Shown here: piece by piece, positions 57,506-64,000 of the stretch | Layout of the letters: the number at the start of each line of letters is the position of its first letter | Position numbering within the stretch: position 1 is the stretch's first letter | Assembly (NCBI RefSeq): GCF_009914755.1 | Contig: NC_060935.1 | Reading direction: 5' to 3' (one strand) | From: the human T2T-CHM13v2.0 reference genome, Homo sapiens | Length of the DNA: 64,000 bases | Program-made: the position numbers and the translations under genes | Notes under the pieces: model-generated | The model's input: the letters and a program-made list of their open reading frames with translations, nothing else | What the model was told of the DNA's origin: nothing | The model's database searches: none

Positions 57506-57935
57506 CAGTCAGCCTCCATATCTGTGTGTTTCGTATCCTTGGCTTCAACCAAACTCGGATTGAAAACACTCGGAAAAAAAAAGGATGGTTCTGTCTGTAC
57601 TGAACGTGTACACACCTTTTTTTTTTTTTGGTCATTATTCCTTAAACAATAGAGTATAACAATTATTTACATAGCATTTACATTGTATTAGATATTATAA
57701 AGTAATCTAGAGATTATTTAAAGTACACTGGATGATTGTGCAGGTTATATACAAATACTATACCATTTTATATAAGGGACTTGAGCATCTATAGATTTTC
57801 ATATCCATGCGGGTTCTTCTACACTACTTTTGCAACCCTCAGTGTCTAAAGACCCTTCCCCATGCCTGATCTCATCTTCATGCTTGCAACTGAAAGCTAG
57901 TTCTTTCTGTGCAAATGGATATGGAAGGACGACTG
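57506..57935. mobile_element. MER2-like TcMar-Tigger MITE containing a 100-bp insertion
   Basis: TA|CAGTCAGCCTCC start and GGACGACTG end; internal TAAAGTAATCTAGAGATTATTTAAAGTA and GGGACTTGAGCATC. Confidence 0.8.
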
Positions 57936-58165
57936 CATTTCCGATTTTAACCAAAACTTCACTATGTCCATTTTTCTGAGCATCCACAATTCTTGCATTT
58001 CCTATTCTGTCAAGTAAGTGTACAGGAAGAACTTGAGTGCATAAAAAGTATAACACTAAAGTAAATATAATAAATTCCCATATTGACTATCTATAACAAT
58101 TTCTTTTAGGGCCAGTACATTTTCACACTTAGATAAAAAGAAAAGCACTTACAAATTTATGTTAG

Positions 58166-58483
<318 letters not shown>

Positions 58484-59449
58484 TAAAAGATTTTGCAGGG
58501 CAATGAACAATAGATTGTGGGTGTCATTGATTGTACACAATTTTTGATTTTTTAACCAACAGTCCATTCCATACTTATCTGTCCAACTATGCAAGGTTAA
58601 AAAATTGTTCCTGACAAAGGAAACTGCCTCCACCTATTTGCACACAGATTAGCCATTCCAACCACACCTGCTCACTGACGCCCTCAGCATTTCCTGGTAA
58701 GTACACAATGTAGGAAGGGACTCAACTGCCTTTTTCTCTCTTCAAGGAAAAAAAATTAAAACATACTTAGCAGGCCAATGTTCAGACACAGAAATCTCAG
58801 AGCCAACCAAGGGTAACAACCCATTTGAGGGTAGCCTGAATCTCAGGGAGTTTATGCTGACAGAGCTTGGCTCCGCCTAGAAAGCTAGGCAGTCAGAACC
58901 TATTCTGGGGCTTCCATAGGAAATATCAAATCTGTCTCTGGTGAGTAACACTGGGAGAGCCTTTAAAATGAACTAGGATGGTCTTATTATCAAATGAACT
59001 ATATCCTTGAGAAAGAATAAGGAATGAGTTCGAATTTTAGGAACCACAGTTGGCCTGGTTCTTGCTCCCAAAGAATTCTGTCCAATATAAAATTTTGGAA
59101 CCGAATAGGTCACTTTTGGCATGTTGTGAGTTCATTGCTCATTCAGTGTCATAAATTAAGTCTTGAATTATGGAGCTCTCTTCTACACTACTTTTGCAAC
59201 CCTCAGGGTCCAAAGACCCTTCTCCATGCCCATCTCATCTTCATGCTGGCAACTGAAAGCTAGTTCTTTCTGTGCAATATTTTGTGGAAACTGAGAGGCC
59301 TTTAAATGCACAAAGAATCATTTGTTACCAAATGTAAAAGAATCATGGACTATTCTTCCATGTTCGAAATCTAAGATGATTCAGAGTTCATTTAGTCCAG
59401 CCTCTTCATTGTAAGAATAGTAATATCTCCTTCCACATGGGTAGCAGAC

Positions 59450-59685
59450 ATGTTTTTGCCCACCTAGCATCCTTTCCCTCTTTTTCAGGTAACACCACCT
59501 CATTTTTTCTTTTGGGTAACTTCTCTCCCCGCACTGTTATTCAAGAATAACAGATTATTCCACATCTGTTATTCAGATGGGACTGATTCTAGCTCCAGAG
59601 GAGGGTCTAAAGAGAGTACCCATTCCCTGACCACAGTGATTGCTTCAAGAATGAGCACTCATCCCAGGTTTGGCCAATGACAGCA
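59450..59685. mobile_element. Old ERVL LTR fragment (LTR16-like)
   Basis: CCCTGACCACAGTGATTGCTTCAAGAATGAGCAC...GGCCAATGA motif. Confidence 0.45.
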
Positions 59686-61648
59686 GTCTAATTTGATATC
59701 ATTTCTGATGCCTGTTGCCAGGACTATGCTTAATACATGTACAATATTTTCCACTGAAAGCTTAAGGGACATTTCAAGGTCATAGCAAGTCATTCACATA
59801 GCCAAGATCTCCGGATGTCTTCTCATTTTGTAGTGGGGAAAGAGATACCAACAGATAATTTCGGTGATACATTAAGGGCATACATTCATTCAACAAATAT
59901 TCACTACTAGAAACCTGGTTCCGTGGTGGGTGTTCAGGATGGAATTATGAATGAAACAGTCATGATCTCTGGATGTCCCATGATGTTCTGAAAGGTGCAG
60001 CATGTGTGAGAGTGCACAGGAGGGCCATGTAAACTACCCTGGATATATGTTTGTGGGTATCCAGAAAGGCTTCCCAGAGAAAGAAACCAGCCTCCTAAAT
60101 CTCTCTGAATCTATCCTCCTTTAATTTTCTTCCTCATCCTCACAGCTACTGTCTCAGTTCAGGCCCTCTTTATTTCACATCTGAATTACAGCAATAACTT
60201 TCCAACTGCACACCACCACACCCCTACTCTTACCCTATTTTTACCCAACTCACTCTTTACTAATGACAGAATGATTTTTTCTTAGAAACTTTTTTCTAAA
60301 GTATAATGTCCACCCATAAAAGTACATATGTAAGCATACAGTTTGATGAACTTCCATAACCAAACACACCCATTAACCAGAGCCTACATTAACAGTCAGC
60401 ATTCCGCAGCCCCCCCGTGTCCCCATCCATATACTCACCCTCCTTATACGTAATAAAAATAAGAATTCATTTTAAAAATGAATATCGCTTCCTTCCTTTG
60501 TTAAAGCCTTCCAAGGACTTTCTCGACAGCCTGCAGGATAAACACCATCTCCTTCGCCAAACTATACCCTAGTAATTCCTCGCCTACTGCCCCAGTCTTC
60601 CCTCCCTGGCCTCTGCAGTGCTGCTCCCTCTGTGGCAACTAACACCTCAGCCCTCTTCCTCTGCATTGTAATGATTCCTAATTATTCCAGGAGCCACCTT
60701 CTCAAAGCCTTCCATGATCCCTTCCCTCCCCACTATCTGTTTCTCTCGTAGATTTTTGAAGGTAGAAACCGTGTTTTGCATTTGTTTCCCAATTTGTTAA
60801 ATGAACAAGTGAGTAAATTTATTAATTTCCCATAACTCCTTTCCTCCCTTTCCTTCTCCTCTACCCTACCAATGGCTCTTTTAAAATAAGAACAAACCAG
60901 TCCCCTGTGAATGTTTGTGCATGTATGAGATGCACAATGATCACGTATGACCTTCAACCAGCAATTTGCGAAGTCACGACTGGTTTCCATTCATCCAGAC
61001 ACACCTTACTACCTAGTATCCCCTCCTCCCACATCAAATAAGGGTATAGTAGGGGCAGTTTGTGGTCTCAACCCTACCGAGGTAAGAGGGCACAAAGAAA
61101 ATTGATATGCATGAGACCTCGGGCATTCTTCAGGTAAAAAGATGGCTTAATTGGAACATTCGGAGGCTTAAGAGAAAATCGGGAGTGGTGGAAGGAAGCA
61201 ATCAAGCAGGGTAATATTTCCCAAATGCCTACCGGCCACGTGCCAGACACAATGTTAGGCTCTATCTGTGATGTCTTATTTAACTGAAGAGGGAGAAGAA
61301 TGTGAATAAATGGCTGGATTCTTGAATTGCATAAAAAGAGAAGCCAATACACTTTTTCCTTTATTTCGTTTAAACAAGTAATTTGTGCATTTATAGCTTT
61401 TTCTTTTAATTAAAAGTAAGAGTGGAAAAAAGTCACTGAAATGTCTAATTTCAAATAAAATATTTGATTTCTAATTTCTGTTTTTCAAACAAACAAAAAA
61501 CCCCAGAAGCATTATGAAAGGTTTTACTGTGCAGGAGGAAATGTTACTAGGTTGATGGGCCTAGCCAGAACACCTAACATCCTCCATCTAGTCTCCAAAC
61601 TGAGGCTGTGGCCCTGCAGAGAGCGCCACCCGGAAGCCACTTTTATAG

Positions 61649-61978
<330 letters not shown>

Positions 61979-62769
61979 TGATTTTTAATGAAAACATTCT
62001 TAAATTCATATGGCTAACGCAAATTTATTTTCTGTAGGCATAACATCAAAAACACCTGGCAGGATTGCCCCATTCCCAGCACTGTCTATTTCTCCCCTAG
62101 TATCAGTGGGACTCCACTGATGCACAGCTGTGATCTACTAAAACTTCTCTCAAAACTTTCTCCTCTCCTTAGGTCAGCAGCCCCGCCCCTGATCTATTTG
62201 GAAATCCCCTGAATAAAAGTTGAATATCATAAACCAAAGCGAACACCCAGAAATTCAAATTCAACCCGTAGGTAAAAAATTTCTCAAGTGACTGTAGACG
62301 TAGATGTCTCCAGTGTCGCCTAATAAGGTAGAAGAGGCCAGTGCGATACTGTCTTTACACCCTTAACTTGGGTGCTAGAATATTTATCTTCGTCATCATT
62401 TTATCATCCAAACTATTTTGCATAACTTTCATGGGTGCAGAAAATGTTTTTTAAGTGCTTGGTAAAATTAATAGTGATATTCATTCATTCATCTCACTGA
62501 ACAGGCAATAAATTCCTTGACGACAAGGGCCTTGGGGGGGTCACATCTTCATCTTTGGTTTATGAGTCCTGTGCGTCTTGGTACAAGCAATACTACTATG
62601 AGCCGGCAAGTCAGACTTATTTGGTAGGGGACCAAAGGAAAGAACATGTTTTGATTGCTAAGAAAACATTTTGTTCTCTATCCTTTACTGGGCTGGCAGG
62701 CAAAGGAAATGTTCTTATGAGCACTCACATTGAAAACTTAAGTTCTTCACCAAATGCAGAGACTCTGAA

Positions 62770-64000
62770 GGCCACGCCGCTGCGGGCTGCCTCCACAATT
62801 CGACCGTCTCGGCGGGCCACGAGATCCTGGCCACGGATGCGGTGGCCGCGCCTCTGCTCGCACGTTCCCCCGGCCTCTGGACTCCCTCCCTCCCTCAATC
62901 CCTCCCTCCGGCGGGCGTCGCTGGCGGGTGGCTAGGCCCAACGGCAGGAAGCCGACGCTATCCTCCGTTCCGCGGCGCCGGGTCCGCCTTCCGTCTGTTC
63001 TAGGGCCTGCTCCTGCGCGGCAGCTGCTTTAGAAGGTCTCGAGCCTCCTGTACCTTCCCAGGGATGAACCGGGCCTTCCCTCTGGAAGGCGAGGGTTCGG
63101 GCCACAGTGAGCGAGGGCCAGGGCGGTGGGCGCGCGCAGAGGGAAACCGGATCAGTTGAGAGAGAATCAAGAGTAGCGGATGAGGCGCTTGTGGGGCGCG
63201 GCCCGGAAGCCCTCGGGCGCGGGCTGGGAGAAGGAGTGGGCGGAGGCGCCGCAGGAGGCTCCCGGGGCCTGGTCGGGCCGGCTGGGCCCCGGGCGCAGTG
63301 GAAGAAAGGGACGGGCGGTGCCCGGTTGGGCGTCCTGGCCAGCTCACCTTGCCCTGGCGGCTCGCCCCGCCCGGCACTTGGGAGGAGCAGGGCAGGGCCC
63401 GCGGCCTTTGCATTCTGGGACCGCCCCCTTCCATTCCCGGGCCAGCGGCGAGCGGCAGCGACGGCTGGAGCCGCAGCTACAGCATGAGAGCCGGTGCCGC
63501 TCCTCCACGCCTGCGGACGCGTGGCGAGCGGAGGCAGCGCTGCCTGTTCGCGCCATGGGGGCACCGTGGGGCTCGCCGACGGCGGCGGCGGGCGGGCGGC
63601 GCGGGTGGCGCCGAGGCCGGGGGCTGCCATGGACCGTCTGTGTGCTGGCGGCCGCCGGCTTGACGTGTACGGCGCTGATCACCTACGCTTGCTGGGGGCA
63701 GCTGCCGCCGCTGCCCTGGGCGTCGCCAACCCCGTCGCGACCGGTGGGCGTGCTGCTGTGGTGGGAGCCCTTCGGGGGGCGCGATAGCGCCCCGAGGCCG
63801 CCCCCTGACTGCCGGCTGCGCTTCAACATCAGCGGCTGCCGCCTGCTCACCGACCGCGCGTCCTACGGAGAGGCTCAGGCCGTGCTTTTCCACCACCGCG
63901 ACCTCGTGAAGGGGCCCCCCGACTGGCCCCCGCCCTGGGGCATCCAGGCGCACACTGCCGAGGAGGTGGATCTGCGCGTGTTGGACTACGAGGAGGCAGC
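62770..64000. promoter_or_regulatory. FUT4: FUT4 CpG island (promoter, 5'UTR and CDS)
   Basis: Very high GC and CpG density; ETS GGAA and MYB-like CAACGG (62939) motifs. Confidence 0.9.
63180..64000 (+). CDS. FUT4: Alpha-(1,3)-fucosyltransferase 4, 5' part (runs off window). Long form starts MRRLWGAARKPSG; in-frame Met126 at 63555 starts the short form MGAPWGSPTAAAGG
   Basis: Open frame to window end; type II transmembrane segment LPWTVCVLAAAGLTCTALITYACW; GT10 N-terminal motifs VLLWWEPF and AVLFHHRD. Confidence 0.97.
   Translation, partial: MRRLWGAARKPSGAGWEKEWAEAPQEAPGAWSGRLGPGRSGRKGRAVPGWASWPAHLALAARPARHLGGAGQGPRPLHSGTAPFHSRASGERQRRLEPQLQHESRCRSSTPADAWRAEAALPVRAMGAPWGSPTAAAGGRRGWRRGRGLPWTVCVLAAAGLTCTALITYACWGQLPPLPWASPTPSRPVGVLLWWEPFGGRDSAPRPPPDCRLRFNISGCRLLTDRASYGEAQAVLFHHRDLVKGPPDWPPPWGIQAHTAEEVDLRVLDYEEA

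Noticed and set aside
62932-63953. Long antisense and alternative-frame ORFs (232, 158, 144, 126 aa) over FUT4
   Set aside because: Expected stop-codon scarcity in a very GC-rich island; low-complexity Pro/Ala/Arg/Gly sequence with no recognisable domain

Overview
Human (or very closely related hominid) genomic DNA that I recognise as the chr11q21 MRE11-ANKRD49-C11orf97-FUT4 interval. Minus strand: the 5' part of MRE11 (non-coding exon 1 ~12724/12831-12915, exon 2 11822-11946 with ATG at 11841, exon 3 9872-10004, exon 4 4961-5121; the gene continues off the left edge). ANKRD49 lies head-to-head with it on a CpG-island bidirectional promoter (3 exons, 239-aa CDS 15734-15991 + 17111-17572, AATAAA 18594). 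C11orf97 (+, 4 exons, 126 aa, CDS 31577-50945) has an RFX X-box promoter. The window ends inside the FUT4 CDS (ATG 63180; second ATG 63555) in a CpG island. The rest is repeat-rich: about 25 Alus including a young 5'-truncated AluYa5, old L1/L2/MIR, THE1 and MST LTRs, and Tigger3b/MER2/MER33/MER47/MER5A DNA transposons. Most ORF-track entries are Alu, low-complexity or GC-shadow artefacts. I found no evidence of a wholly new gene system. Best leads: (i) MRE11 exon-1 GC versus GT donor choice that switches a 27-aa uORF to a 92-aa uORF ending 8 nt before the MRE11 ATG; (ii) a consensus antisense splice donor next to the RFX-type C11orf97 promoter that could be a distal MRE11 first exon; (iii) several short locally templated insertions, two inside MITEs; (iv) an out-of-frame ORF overlapping the FUT4 short-isoform start; (v) a dyad-symmetric MRE11/ANKRD49 promoter core. 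Repeat subfamily calls and reference-protein comparisons are from memory and were not computed.
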